Shown here: positions 47,570 to 58,170 of the stretch, piece by piece
Layout of the letters: each line of letters starts with the position of its first letter
Position numbering within the stretch: position 1 is the first letter of the stretch
NCBI GenBank assembly: GCA_032128375.1
Contig: JAQBGU010000084.1
Coordinates: 49,322-113,321 of the forward strand
Length of the DNA: 64,000 nucleotides
Source of the DNA: Deltaproteobacteria bacterium
GTDB lineage: Bacteria > Myxococcota_A > UBA9160 > SMWR01
Direction of reading: 5' to 3'
The notes under the pieces: model-generated
The model's database searches: none
What the model was told of the DNA's origin: nothing
What the model saw: the letters and a program-made list of their open reading frames with translations, nothing else
Position numbers and translations under genes: made by a program

Positions 47570-49090
47570 CTGGACCACTACATCCGCAGAATTCTCAACG
47601 CACACGTCTACGAAGTCGCCCGAGAGACCCCGCTGGAGATCGCAGCGAGGCTGTCGGCGCGGCTGGGCAATCGGGTCTTGCTGAAGCGGGAGGATCTCCA
47701 GCAGGTCCACAGCTTCAAATTGCGTGGCGCGTTCAACAAGATTTCACGACTCGCGCCCGAAGTCGCCCAACGTGGCGTGATCACCGCGTCGGCGGGAAAT
47801 CACGCACAGGGGGTCGCGCTGGCGGCACAGCGGCTCGGTATCGCAGCGCGGATCGTGATGCCAGTTACGACTCCGGTAATCAAGGTCGAGGCGGTTCGCG
47901 ATCTCGGCGGCGACGTCGTACTGCACGGAGACACCTACGACGACGCGCTCGAACTGGCGCTGAAGATGGCAGCGCAGGAGACACTCGAGTATGTCCACGC
48001 CTACGATGATCCCGATGTCATCGCCGGCCAGGGGACCATCGGGGTCGAGATCCTCCGGCAGTACACCGACCCCATCGATGTGATCTTCGTTCCCGTCGGG
48101 GGCGGAGGGTTGATCGCAGGCGTCGCGTCCTACGTGAAGTATCTGCGCCCAGAGACTGCTGTGATAGGGGTCGAACCCGTGGATGCGGCCTGTCTGTATG
48201 CAGCGCTGCGCGACGGGAAGCGCACGATCCTGGACCGCGTAGGGATCTTTGCCGATGGTGTCGCGGTGCGACAGGTCGGCGAGGAGCCATTTCGGATTGC
48301 GCGAGAGAAAGTCGATGAAGTCATCTGTGTGGATACCGATGAAATCTGCGCGGCGATTCTCGACCTCTTCGAAGACACACGCACGATCGCAGAGCCCGCC
48401 GGCGCACTGGCGGTAGCGGGCGCCAAGAAGTACGTGGAAACAAACAGCGCGCGCGACCAGACATTGGTATCGATCGTCAGCGGCGCAAACATCAGTTTTC
48501 ACCGGCTGCGACATATCTCGGAGCGAGCGGAGATCGGCGAGCGCCGCGAGGTGATCTTCGCTGCGACGATTCCAGAGCGCCACGGTGCATTCCGTGCGTT
48601 CTGCGACGCGATCGGCGACCACTCGGTCACCGAATTCAACTATCGCTACGCGCACCCCGGCGACGCGCACGTCTTCGTCGGGATCCAGGTGGTGCCCGGC
48701 GAGGCCCAAGGCGAGTTGCTTCTCGCACAACTCGAGGCGCGCGGCTACCGCTGTGTGGATATGAGCGACAACGAATTGGCCAAGGTACACGGGCGCCACC
48801 TGGTCGGCGGCAGGGTGCCGGGCCTCGAGAACGAACGCGTGATTCGCTTTGAATTCCCGGAGCGCCCGGGTGCGCTGCGGAAGTTCTTGGCCCAGCTTCG
48901 ACCCGATTGGAACATCTCGCTGTTCCACTACCGAAACCACGGGGCCGCGATCGGCCGGGTGCTTGTCGGGGTCCAGGTCCCCGACACCGATACCGACGCA
49001 TTCGACCAGTTCCTCGGGGATCTCGGCTACTCGCACGTCGACGAGACACAGAACTCCGCGTATCAGTTGTTCTTGAGTTCGCCCACCTAG
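47570..49090 (+). CDS. ilvA: Biosynthetic threonine ammonia-lyase
   Basis: KREDLQQVHSFKLRGA, SAGNHAQG, VGGGGL, FEFPERPGAL and WNISLFHYRNHG; probable CTG start. Confidence 0.95.
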   Translation: MDHYIRRILNAHVYEVARETPLEIAARLSARLGNRVLLKREDLQQVHSFKLRGAFNKISRLAPEVAQRGVITASAGNHAQGVALAAQRLGIAARIVMPVTTPVIKVEAVRDLGGDVVLHGDTYDDALELALKMAAQETLEYVHAYDDPDVIAGQGTIGVEILRQYTDPIDVIFVPVGGGGLIAGVASYVKYLRPETAVIGVEPVDAACLYAALRDGKRTILDRVGIFADGVAVRQVGEEPFRIAREKVDEVICVDTDEICAAILDLFEDTRTIAEPAGALAVAGAKKYVETNSARDQTLVSIVSGANISFHRLRHISERAEIGERREVIFAATIPERHGAFRAFCDAIGDHSVTEFNYRYAHPGDAHVFVGIQVVPGEAQGELLLAQLEARGYRCVDMSDNELAKVHGRHLVGGRVPGLENERVIRFEFPERPGALRKFLAQLRPDWNISLFHYRNHGAAIGRVLVGVQVPDTDTDAFDQFLGDLGYSHVDETQNSAYQLFLSSPT

Positions 49091-49113
49091 GCCCGACCCA
49101 AGAAGGGTCGGGC
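49091..49113 (+). terminator. Hairpin immediately after the ilvA stop
   Basis: gcccgaccc-aagaa-gggtcgggc, a perfect 9-bp stem with no U-tract. Confidence 0.55.
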
Positions 49114-49607
49114 GACTACGTGGAAGCTCTCGCCGCGTAGCGGCGAGCGCGCAACCTGGGGTCTATCGCGATGCATCGCACATCCCCTGTTGGCCGTCGC
49201 CTCGGGTGGCTACTTCCCAGGCCTTTGGACGTCACCCTTCATCGGTGTCGCGAGCGCCGCGCTCTGGCTTCGACTGCGCAGGGCAACGCATCGGGATGTC
49301 TCGAATTGATCCAAAAATGTGTTGGAATGACGAGCTTCGAAGATACTGCGATGAGCCGGAGAATCCGGATTCGGCGAGATGCACCAACAGGCTCGCGAGT
49401 CATCTCTACACCACGCGGGGGCCAAGCTGCCTGTCGCTCGTAGTAGTGGCTGCGTGGATGATGCTCATCCGGTCGGCTTCAGAGGTTTCCTGCGAGGTCG
49501 CGCTCTTGCGAAGCGAACCTGTCTTCCAGCATAGGTGTCGAATACCGCACGCTCTGTAACTGGCACCGAGTTCGCGGCTACGGTCGCCCGAGTGGTACTA
49601 TCTGGCT

Positions 49608-51428
49608 ATGGACTCACCGAAAGGGACTGAGGCGCCGGATGCCAGCGCTCCGAAACGGCGACGTCGTAGAAGGCGCGGCCCGCGGACCTCAGATGCCAAT
49701 ACCTCCGATGGAAAGACCCCGGATGGCAAGACATCGGACGCACCGGGCGATCGGAAACCCGAAAGTGCGCGCAAGCCGGACGGCGCGCGGCGCGGCGGGA
49801 ACCGTCGCGGACGCGACGGACGCAAGCCCTCGGACCGCGCCGCAAAGGTCTTGGCGAGGCAGACCGAAACCGTCGATCTCGATAAAAACGCTGAGCAGCC
49901 GCTCACCGAGCAGGAAATCGGTGTTCTTCGCGAGCACTTCCGTTTCCTGCTGCAATATCGCCACGACCTGCGCCTGAAAGTCAACGCCAACGAAGATCTG
50001 TTGTTGAACGGCGCGCGCGAGCCGGTCCATCGCGGCGTGTGTCACCACCTACTCGAGAAAGTGGAGCGGAAGAACGTTCTCGCGGCCGCGGAGCGATTCG
50101 AGCCGGCCGCCGCCGCCAAACTCCTCGCCGGGGTCATCCGCTTCTCGTCAGACATCGAGTACGTGCTTCTTTTTCTCGAAAAGATCAAGCAATCGTCTTC
50201 GCCCGCAGAGGCGACTGCAGCACTGTTCCAGGGGCTCCAGCGCATCGAGTTCGACAAAGTTTCGAGTGCGCAGATGCGGCGGGTCTTGCAGCTGATCACC
50301 GAACTCTTCGACGAGGGGAAACGGCCCACGCTGCTGCTCGGCCTGTTGGAGAGTGCGAGTTTTCGCGAGGCGTTCGACAAGTCGACTGCCGATCTGCCGG
50401 ATGGGCTTTCGCATCTCGTTGTTCCCCTTCGCGCCGCGCAGGCCGTCATCTTGCACGGCGAGCTCAATACCTTCGATTCAGATGCGCTCAGCCAGGGCGT
50501 GAACCTGCTTCTCGACTTCGATTCCAAGATCCTGCTGCGCCACTCCGTGCAGATGCGACAGCGCCTGTTCGACTTCGGTTTGCAAACGTGCGCTGCGCCC
50601 CATCACCGGCTGCACGATCGGCTGGGGATGTTGTTGCGGAACTTCCCCAAGACCGATCCAAGGCGCGCTGAGCGGGGGGTTGCGCTGGCCCGACACTTCA
50701 TCGCAGCGAATTCCGATGCAGCCGCCCGACAGATTCTTCAGACGCTCGCGAGCGAGTACCCGGATCAGGGCACCCCGGCGCAATGGATCGCGTATCTGGA
50801 TGCCGAGCGTTTCGATCGCATCGTGCTACTCGAGCAGCCCCCGGATCGAATGGATGCGCTCGGCCAACACGCTCGGCGTGCTGGAATCTGGCTCGAAACC
50901 ATGCGACCCGTCTGGGTCCAGATCGCGCATCCAGACGGGATCTCCAGTCACGAAGAAACACGGGGTCTCATGTGCGAACTTGCCGTTCCCGGGGTGGCGT
51001 GTGTGTTGGAATCCGGCGCGACGAACGACGGCGCAGCCTATTTTGTCGTCGCGAACTCCGGCGAAGACCTCGACTTTGCCCTCACGGAAAACGCGGGACT
51101 CGAACTCGGCTCGGTTCTGCGGGTCTGCCACGAGGCGGTGGGTCTATTGAACGCGCTAGCCGCTGTGGGTGTTCGGCTCCCCGATGCCGGCTTCGGTCGC
51201 TTCGCGCTCGAACATTCCGGTGCTCTTCTGCTGACGGATCTCGCCGGCGCCGCACGTGTCGATTCCGATGCACTCGGAGGCTTCCATTTCGACTTGGCCC
51301 GCTCGTTTTGCACGGCGGTGTTGGATCGGTCCCGCCGCCACATCGTGCCGGCTGAAGTGAAGTCGGTGGTGTCAGACTCGAAGAGTTGTGCCGAACTGGC
51401 CAGAGGGCTCGCTCGCTGCCGAGGCTGA
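49608..51428 (+). CDS. Hypothetical protein: basic disordered N-terminus, helical core and degenerate kinase-like C-terminus
   Basis: 606-aa ORF; C-terminal GVRLPD..FAL..LLLTDLAG echoes kinase subdomains VIb and VII. Confidence 0.6.
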   Translation: MDSPKGTEAPDASAPKRRRRRRRGPRTSDANTSDGKTPDGKTSDAPGDRKPESARKPDGARRGGNRRGRDGRKPSDRAAKVLARQTETVDLDKNAEQPLTEQEIGVLREHFRFLLQYRHDLRLKVNANEDLLLNGAREPVHRGVCHHLLEKVERKNVLAAAERFEPAAAAKLLAGVIRFSSDIEYVLLFLEKIKQSSSPAEATAALFQGLQRIEFDKVSSAQMRRVLQLITELFDEGKRPTLLLGLLESASFREAFDKSTADLPDGLSHLVVPLRAAQAVILHGELNTFDSDALSQGVNLLLDFDSKILLRHSVQMRQRLFDFGLQTCAAPHHRLHDRLGMLLRNFPKTDPRRAERGVALARHFIAANSDAAARQILQTLASEYPDQGTPAQWIAYLDAERFDRIVLLEQPPDRMDALGQHARRAGIWLETMRPVWVQIAHPDGISSHEETRGLMCELAVPGVACVLESGATNDGAAYFVVANSGEDLDFALTENAGLELGSVLRVCHEAVGLLNALAAVGVRLPDAGFGRFALEHSGALLLTDLAGAARVDSDALGGFHFDLARSFCTAVLDRSRRHIVPAEVKSVVSDSKSCAELARGLARCRG

Positions 51429-51466
51429 TGGGCTCAGCAGTATTTCGCGCTGAAACAGCCCCTATG

Positions 51467-52303
51467 TCAATCCGCAATCAACGACCTGTAGCGATCGAGG
51501 CGCTCGAGGATTCGGCCCTCGTCTTCGGTCGGAAGCGGCAGCAGGACCCGGTCGACGCCGATCTTTTCGAGCTGGTCAATTTCGGCCTGACCTGACGGCG
51601 ATCCGAATAGCGTGACGTTGATCTCGCTTCGATCGCGTCCTTGTTGTTCGCACACACGCGCGAGTAGACCCAGTCGGTCTTCGAGATTGCATGTGCCGGT
51701 GATCGGCATCCAGCCATCGGCGTAATCGACGACGCGCTCGATCGCCCACGTCGAGCTGGCTCCGATCATGATCGGCGGGTGGGGGCGCTGTGTGGGCTTC
51801 GGTTCCACCCACACCGGCTCGAAGTCGAAGTACTCGCCGTGGAACTCGGCATCCTTCTGCGTCCAACACGCCTTCATCGCCAGGATCGACTCGCGCAACA
51901 CTTTCCAGCGCTCTTTGAACGCTACCCCGTGGTTCTCGAGTTCCTCGGCGTTCCATCCCGCACCGATACCGAACAGAAACCGGCCGCCAGTCAGCGAGTC
52001 GAGCGACGCGACGCGCTTGGCGAGTGTGATCGGGTGATGTTCTGGGACCAGGCAAATACCGGTGCCGACCTTCAGTCGCTCGGTCACCGCGGCGGCCATC
52101 GCCAGCGCGGTGAAGGGCTCGAAGCTTTCCCAGTAGATACTCGGCAGGTCACCGCCTGCGGGGTAGGGGCTGCGCCGTGACGCCGGGATGTGGGTGTGTT
52201 CGGTGATGAATAGCGATTCGAAACCGCGCGCCTCGGCCTCGCGACCGAGTGTCGCCGGATGGATCGAGTATTCGGTCGGGAAGATCGAGAGTCCGATGTC
52301 CAT
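51467..52303 (-). CDS. LLM-class F420-dependent oxidoreductase
   Basis: EHTHIP, GRFLFGIGAGWNAEE and PKPTQRPHPPI motifs. Confidence 0.9.
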   Translation of the reverse strand: MDIGLSIFPTEYSIHPATLGREAEARGFESLFITEHTHIPASRRSPYPAGGDLPSIYWESFEPFTALAMAAAVTERLKVGTGICLVPEHHPITLAKRVASLDSLTGGRFLFGIGAGWNAEELENHGVAFKERWKVLRESILAMKACWTQKDAEFHGEYFDFEPVWVEPKPTQRPHPPIMIGASSTWAIERVVDYADGWMPITGTCNLEDRLGLLARVCEQQGRDRSEINVTLFGSPSGQAEIDQLEKIGVDRVLLPLPTEDEGRILERLDRYRSLIAD

Positions 52304-52530
52304 GGGAGGTTCCAGTTGGGGGGAGTGGAATCGAAACAGTGTACTGCGCGCCGCAGAGTGTCGGAAGTGAGACTGCGAGACATGCATTTCCACGAAAGAG
52401 ACATCCGCATTGTTCGCCTGGCCTTTTCCTCTCCTGATCTCCTGCAGCTCTCCTCGAGCTCTCTGCGAGTTCGGGTGACGAGGCGCGCGACGCCGAGGTA
52501 TGGTGTTCGCCCACGCAAGGAGAACCCCCC

Positions 52531-53508
52531 ATGTCAAACGCGCGAAAATTCCGATTCTCACTACAGAGCTTCAGCGCCGGTTCGGCGAAAGAGTGGGTGG
52601 ATCGCGCGAAGCGCGTAGAAGACCTCGGGTACTCGGCGCTGCACCTGGCCGACCACTTCCTCGGGCCAGGCGAGGCGATCGCGGGTACCAACCATCCCAT
52701 CCAAGAACTGGCAGCCGTTCCGGCCATCGCGGTGGCGGCCTCAGCGACCCAATCGCTGCGCGTCGGTTGTCGCGTGTTTTGCATGGATTATCGCCACCCC
52801 GTGGTGCTCGCCAAGGAAGCCGCGACACTCGACTTGCTATCCGAGGGGAGGCTGGAACTCGGCATCGGCGCGGGCTGGCTCCAGTCGGAATACCAGGCCG
52901 CAAACATTCCGTTCGATTCGCCCGGCGTTCGCATCGATCGCCTCGGCGAGACGCTCGAAGTGGTCAAAGGATTGATGGCCGACGGACAGTTCTCTTACGA
53001 GGGAAAATTTTTCAAGGTCGATGGTTTCGAGGGAGCGCCCAAGCCGGTGCAGCGTCCTCACCCGCCCATCATGATCGGCGGTGGAGGCAAGAAGGTGCTG
53101 TCTCTGGCAGGCCGCGAAGCCGACATCGTGAGTTTCAATTTCAATAACGCGTCTGGAATCCTGGGCCCGGATGGTTTCAAGAGCGGTTCGGCAGACGAGA
53201 CGGCAAAGAAGGTCGGCTGGGTGCGCGACGCAGCGGGCAGCCGTTTCGCCGACATCGAACTCGAGATCGGCGCCTACATGACGATGGTCACTGATGCGGG
53301 CGCCGCGACCGCGGAAGGGATGGGCAACGCGTTGGGCTTCACGACCAAGGAGATGCTCGCACATCCGCACGCGCTGATCGGAAGCGTCGATTCGATCTGT
53401 GAAGAACTCGAACGGCGCCGCGAACTCTACGGCATCAGTTATGTCAGCGTGCCGGATACGGCGCTCGAACCGTTTGCTGCGGTGGTTGCGAAACTGGCGG
53501 GTTGCTAG
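52531..53508 (+). CDS. LLM-class F420-dependent oxidoreductase (MSMEG_2516-like)
   Basis: LADH, DYRHPVVLAKEAATLD and RRELYGISY motifs. Confidence 0.9.
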   Translation: MSNARKFRFSLQSFSAGSAKEWVDRAKRVEDLGYSALHLADHFLGPGEAIAGTNHPIQELAAVPAIAVAASATQSLRVGCRVFCMDYRHPVVLAKEAATLDLLSEGRLELGIGAGWLQSEYQAANIPFDSPGVRIDRLGETLEVVKGLMADGQFSYEGKFFKVDGFEGAPKPVQRPHPPIMIGGGGKKVLSLAGREADIVSFNFNNASGILGPDGFKSGSADETAKKVGWVRDAAGSRFADIELEIGAYMTMVTDAGAATAEGMGNALGFTTKEMLAHPHALIGSVDSICEELERRRELYGISYVSVPDTALEPFAAVVAKLAGC

Positions 53509-54011
53509 CGGCCGATCAATAGGGATTCGGCGCGCGGCGCCTTGCGAGAGGTGGATGCCCGACGGCTGGGGGCGAGGGCGTGTCGTAGTCCGGCGGCCCA
53601 GTCCGTGCGCCACGCCCTCGCCCCCAGCCTCGACGATTGTTTGGGCGGATCGGGGGTTGGGCTCCCACTGCCCCGAGTTCTTTGATTGCCCGCACAGTTT
53701 GTGCCGGGATCGGGCTGCGATCTTGGCGCGAGAGCGGTAGCCAAAAGCGAGCGATATCGCAGGTTCTGTGTATTCGGGACTCGGTGCGTGGCATTGCGCG
53801 GGCTCGATTCCCTCGAACTCTCGAGCCCCGTGCTCGACGCTGGCTTGCGAGTGTTTCCTACTGCCGACGATTCCGGCAACACGAGCAAGCGCTCAGGTCT
53901 CGCGAGTACGCGATTTGCGTGCTGGCCACCGAGGGGGCAGCACGAGCAGGACGACATGGATCGGGTGACGACATGGAAGCTTTCGCCGCGCTGTGGCGAA
54001 CGCGCAACTAG

Positions 54012-55995
54012 TCCGAAGTTCTGAATTCGTCGGCACGTAACTTCGCGTTTCGATTTGCGAATCGAGTCATTGGTCTGCGCGGTTCTGACTACGTCTGGAT
54101 GGAGACTTCGAGCAGATCGAAAGCCTTACGCTGGAGATCGGTCGTCTGCGTCAGTTGGTCGAACGACGGTAGATCACTCTGGGGTTGGATCGTGTTCTTG
54201 GTGAGTGTGGCGAGGTGGCTGAGGAGTCCCCGGAAGCGATGGACGGTCTGGCCTTCGGGCGTCGTCTTCCGGCTGGCCTTGTCTTGCGCGCTGCCGGAAC
54301 GGGTGGCGGGCTTGACCGGGGAGCCGCGGCGTTGCGCTGCACCACTCGGATCGTCTTCGGCGAACAGGAGCGGCGCCCAAGCCTTTCGCATGTGCCATTC
54401 CACGTAGTAGGCGAGCATGCACAGGAACACGTGGGCCCGTACGCGCTCTTCGAGTCGGTGATAGATCGGTCGAATTTGGAGATCCACAGTCTTGAGACAT
54501 CGAAAGGCTCGCTCGACTTTGGCGAGATCCTTGTAGGCACGCACCGTGTCTTCAGGTCCGAGCACGGCTGCGGAGACCGAGGTGCGGAGCACATAGATGC
54601 CATCGAGCTTCGCCTCAGCGCCAATCGACTCTGCGTTGCGCGAATAAGTGAACGAGGTGTCCGTGATCGCAATCGCGAAGTGCTTCGCCATCTTGAATCG
54701 GCCCCAGACCTTGCCGACCCGCAGGCCGATCTTGTCCTGGCCCTGCAGTCCCCGCTTCTCGCGTCGGGTGGCGGCCGCCACCTTTTCGAGTTCACGCTCG
54801 GTGGCTTGCAGCAGATCTTCCCGCTTGCGGGTTCGCTCTGTAGCCAGGAAGGGATTGAAACAGGCAATCAAGCGCTCACCGGGAAAGTCGGGGTGCTCGA
54901 TCTCCGCCAGGTCGGTTTCGTCGAACAACGATGGCTGGAGGGGCCCCTCGTTCTCCACGAGCTTACGAATCTGCTCCGAGCGAAGTGCACTGACCCAGTC
55001 GAGCCCATCGACGGGAGCGAGTTCCTCGCGAATGCGAGCGCTCGTCAGCATTCCTCGATCGTCCACAAACACCACCCGTGACAGACCAAATCGAGTCCGA
55101 ACCTTTTCGACCTGATCTCGGAGGGTGAGAGGGTCGCCCGTGTTTCCCGCGTAGACCTCAATCGCTACCGGACAGCCCTCGGCGTTGCACAGCAAGCCGA
55201 AGACGATCTGAAGCGATCCCTTCTTGCCATCGCGCGAGTGTCCGATCCGAGCCAACGAACAGCTTCGTCCTTCGAGGTAACTGGAGCTGACGTCATAGAG
55301 CACCAGTGTGCCTTCGCACAGATGCCGTTTGGCGAGCGCCTTTTCGATCTTCGCCTGGCGACTGCCGAGCCAGTCCATGGCGGCGTAGAGTTCGTCGGTC
55401 TCCACGGTCTCGAGCCCCAGCATCTCGCCGAGGGTCGAGGTTGCACTGTCGGCCCGGAGGGTTCTTGTCGTTGCGAGCTTCGAGTCGGGTGCGAGTACGC
55501 GGGAAGCAATCAAGGCGACCGCGCGATCGCGCTCGGGACTGCGTCGCGAGGCCAGGAGCCGATCGAGGTCGAGCTTCTTGAGCGTGCCCAGGACGGCTGC
55601 CACGTGTCCGTGGGGCCGCGATCGGGCAATCTCGAACAGTTCGTCGGCGGCCACGAGGGCCTCTCCTCGCAAGGTGCGCCGGATGACCTCGATGGCGTGG
55701 TCGGGTAGATGCGAAAGGTTGCCAACGGTCTCGTTCTTGACCTTGCCGTCTTCGCGATAGGAACGCCTGAGCAGATGGGTGGTATAAACCCGTCCTTTGT
55801 ACTTGCGAGTCGTAGTGACGACATGAACTGGCCCAGCGCGCCTAGCCATGCCGGAATGATATCCATTTGTGCAGTCGTGTCAACTATTTAGTGACTACAA
55901 ATTTGCACCCGACCAGTGTCCCGAATGCCGGCAATCCCCTGGATATCCAACGACATAGTGACGACGAGGGGCCCTCAAGCCGTCAGAACTTCGGG
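54012..55995 (-). mobile_element. Complete IS1634-family insertion sequence flanked by CTAG
   Basis: Terminal inverted repeats tccgaagttctga / tcagaacttcggg; CTAG at 54008-54011 and 55996-55999. Confidence 0.85.
54089..55849 (-). CDS. IS1634-family DDE transposase
   Basis: LLRRSYREDGKVKNET, YDVSSSY, DRGM, VERAFR and RPIYHR...VRAHVFLCMLAY motifs. Confidence 0.9.
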   Translation of the reverse strand: MARRAGPVHVVTTTRKYKGRVYTTHLLRRSYREDGKVKNETVGNLSHLPDHAIEVIRRTLRGEALVAADELFEIARSRPHGHVAAVLGTLKKLDLDRLLASRRSPERDRAVALIASRVLAPDSKLATTRTLRADSATSTLGEMLGLETVETDELYAAMDWLGSRQAKIEKALAKRHLCEGTLVLYDVSSSYLEGRSCSLARIGHSRDGKKGSLQIVFGLLCNAEGCPVAIEVYAGNTGDPLTLRDQVEKVRTRFGLSRVVFVDDRGMLTSARIREELAPVDGLDWVSALRSEQIRKLVENEGPLQPSLFDETDLAEIEHPDFPGERLIACFNPFLATERTRKREDLLQATERELEKVAAATRREKRGLQGQDKIGLRVGKVWGRFKMAKHFAIAITDTSFTYSRNAESIGAEAKLDGIYVLRTSVSAAVLGPEDTVRAYKDLAKVERAFRCLKTVDLQIRPIYHRLEERVRAHVFLCMLAYYVEWHMRKAWAPLLFAEDDPSGAAQRRGSPVKPATRSGSAQDKASRKTTPEGQTVHRFRGLLSHLATLTKNTIQPQSDLPSFDQLTQTTDLQRKAFDLLEVSIQT

Positions 55996-57642
55996 CTAGT
56001 TCGCGGAATCGACACCCAAAGGCGTCAACACGAAGCCCTCGTAGCCGTTACTCGCGACCTCGCGGCAGCGTTCGGCGTAGGGGGGGACTCCCAGAAACGG
56101 CATGAAGACGCGCGGCTTGCCGGGCACGTTTGCGCCGAGGTACCACGAGTTGCAGTGCGGGTAGAGCGTGACTCCGGCGATCATGTTCACGACTGCGACC
56201 CATTGGTCTTCGGCTTCCAGCGTGGGTTCGATGTTCGCGATCTCGTGTTCGCGCAGGTATTCGATGCAGTCGGCGATCCAGTTCACGTGTTGCTCGATGG
56301 ACGGCAGCATGTTCGACAGCACGGATGGACTCCCCGGGCCTGTGATGGTGAACAAGTTCGGGAAGCCGACCGTTGCGAGGCCGAGATAGGTGCGCGGGCC
56401 CTCCGACCATTTCTGCCGCAAGGTCTGGCCGCCGCGACCCCGGATGTCGATCGCGAGTAGCGCACCGGTCATCGCGTCGAATCCCGTCGCGAGTACGATC
56501 GCGTCGAGTTCGTAGGAATCGCCGTTCGCGATCAGGCCGGAGGTCGTGATCTCATCGATCTGGCCTTCGCTGATGTCGATCAAAGTGACGTTCGGTCGAT
56601 TGAAGGTCTGGTAGTAACCGGTATCGACACACAGGCGCTTGCAACCCACGACTTGTGTTGGCGACAACGTTTGGGCTACCGCGGGATCGTCCACGGCCTC
56701 TTGAATCTTATTGCGCACGAAGGCGGCGGCTACGTCGTTGGCTTGCGGGTTGATCATCAGGTCGCCAAACGCGCCGAGGAACGGCAATCCGCCCCTTTGC
56801 CAGCGCGCTTCGAACGCAGCCTGCTGTTCCGCTTCGCTCGCCTCGAGCACGGACCCCTCGTTGGCTGGAAAGGCGGACCCGAAACCCGCTGGCGCTGCGG
56901 AGTTTCGTTTGCGGAAGCCCGCGTAGTCGTCCTTGGTCGCTCGGACGAAGTCCGGGTCGAGCAGACCGTTGTGGGCGGGAACCGAGTAGTTCGGCGTCCG
57001 CTGGAACACGTACAGGTGTTCGGCCTGTTCAGCAATCAACGGGATCGACTGGATTGCTGAAGATCCGGTGCCGATGATGCCGACTTTTTGGCCGCTGAAG
57101 TCGACGGGATCGTGGGGCCAGTCACCGGTGTGGTAGCACGGTCCTCGGAACGAATCGATGCCGTCGAAATCCGGTGTGTTGGTCGATGACAGACAACCCG
57201 TCGCCATCACGCAGTATTGCGCTGACACGCGCTCGCCGCGGCTCGTCGCCACCGTCCAGCGACCCGCTTGCTCGTCGAAGTTCATCGCGTCGACACGCGT
57301 GTCGAACTGGATGGCGCGTCGCAGGTCGAAACGATCGGCGACGTGATTGATGTATGCGAGAATCTCCGGCTGCGTCGCGTAGCGCTCTGTCCATTCCCAG
57401 TCTTGTTGGAGTTCTTCGGAGAACTGGTAGGAATACTCCATGCTTTCGATGTCACAGCGCGCACCCGGGTATCGGTTCCAGAACCAGGTCCCGCCCGGGC
57501 CGCTTCCGGCTTCGAAGACCCGAACCGAAAAACCGAGGCCGCGCAGACGATGAAGCATGTAGAGCCCGGCGAATCCGGCCCCAATGACGACAGCGTCGCA
57601 GGGTTCGGTGATTGCGATGTGGCTCGATACTGACTCCGACAA
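55996..57642 (-). CDS. Type I Baeyer-Villiger monooxygenase (CHMO/PAMO/steroid monooxygenase-like)
   Basis: GAGFAG, GGTWFWNRYPG, fingerprint FRGPCYHTGDWP and GTGSS. Confidence 0.95.
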   Translation of the reverse strand: MSESVSSHIAITEPCDAVVIGAGFAGLYMLHRLRGLGFSVRVFEAGSGPGGTWFWNRYPGARCDIESMEYSYQFSEELQQDWEWTERYATQPEILAYINHVADRFDLRRAIQFDTRVDAMNFDEQAGRWTVATSRGERVSAQYCVMATGCLSSTNTPDFDGIDSFRGPCYHTGDWPHDPVDFSGQKVGIIGTGSSAIQSIPLIAEQAEHLYVFQRTPNYSVPAHNGLLDPDFVRATKDDYAGFRKRNSAAPAGFGSAFPANEGSVLEASEAEQQAAFEARWQRGGLPFLGAFGDLMINPQANDVAAAFVRNKIQEAVDDPAVAQTLSPTQVVGCKRLCVDTGYYQTFNRPNVTLIDISEGQIDEITTSGLIANGDSYELDAIVLATGFDAMTGALLAIDIRGRGGQTLRQKWSEGPRTYLGLATVGFPNLFTITGPGSPSVLSNMLPSIEQHVNWIADCIEYLREHEIANIEPTLEAEDQWVAVVNMIAGVTLYPHCNSWYLGANVPGKPRVFMPFLGVPPYAERCREVASNGYEGFVLTPLGVDSAN

Positions 57643-57762
57643 TTTCCGATCTCCGCTACTCGCGCGTTCGCCGATTTGCGGCGAACGCTTCGACGTCGTC
57701 GCCTGACCAAGCCGGGTCAGCCAACACGTTCTTGGAGGGCTGATTGAATAGCAAAGGCGGCT

Positions 57763-58170
57763 TCATGCCTGCCTCGCGGCCTCGAGAACTTCGCGGAACT
57801 CGGTCGGCAGCGGGATCGAAGTTCCGTCGGGGCCGATAGCGACCGCGACGATCTTACCGCTCAGGCACAGCACGTCGTCGGCGCTACGGCGGGCCTCGAA
57901 GCCGTAGGTGACCGATGTGCGACCGACGGCCGCGACGCGCGCGCTGCATTGGAACTCGTCAGGGTAGCTGAGGGTGGCCGCGTAATCGGCTTCCACGTGT
58001 ACGCGCGGCAAACCGAAGCTCCGCGCCGCTGGGCTGGCGGCGCCGTGAAAGAGCGCGCGCATCAGCCCGTGCTCGGCAACCTCGAAGTATCGCAGTGCGG
58101 CCGTGTAGTGGATGCGGCCGCTCGCGTCGGTATCGATCCAGTTGACCCGCAGGCTTTCGGTGTGAATCAT
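57763..58170 (-). CDS. Acyl-CoA thioesterase (4HBT hotdog fold)
   Basis: DTDASGRIHY..YFE and VGRTSV; ATGA overlap with the upstream hydratase. Confidence 0.85.
   Translation of the reverse strand: MIHTESLRVNWIDTDASGRIHYTAALRYFEVAEHGLMRALFHGAASPAARSFGLPRVHVEADYAATLSYPDEFQCSARVAAVGRTSVTYGFEARRSADDVLCLSGKIVAVAIGPDGTSIPLPTEFREVLEAARQA

Noticed and set aside
49114..49607. Possible gene or ncRNA between ilvA and the hypothetical protein
   Set aside because: Short ORFs have no recognisable motifs and I saw no convincing structure.
53509..54007. Possible gene remnant left of the IS
   Set aside because: Several short ORFs, none assignable to a family by eye.
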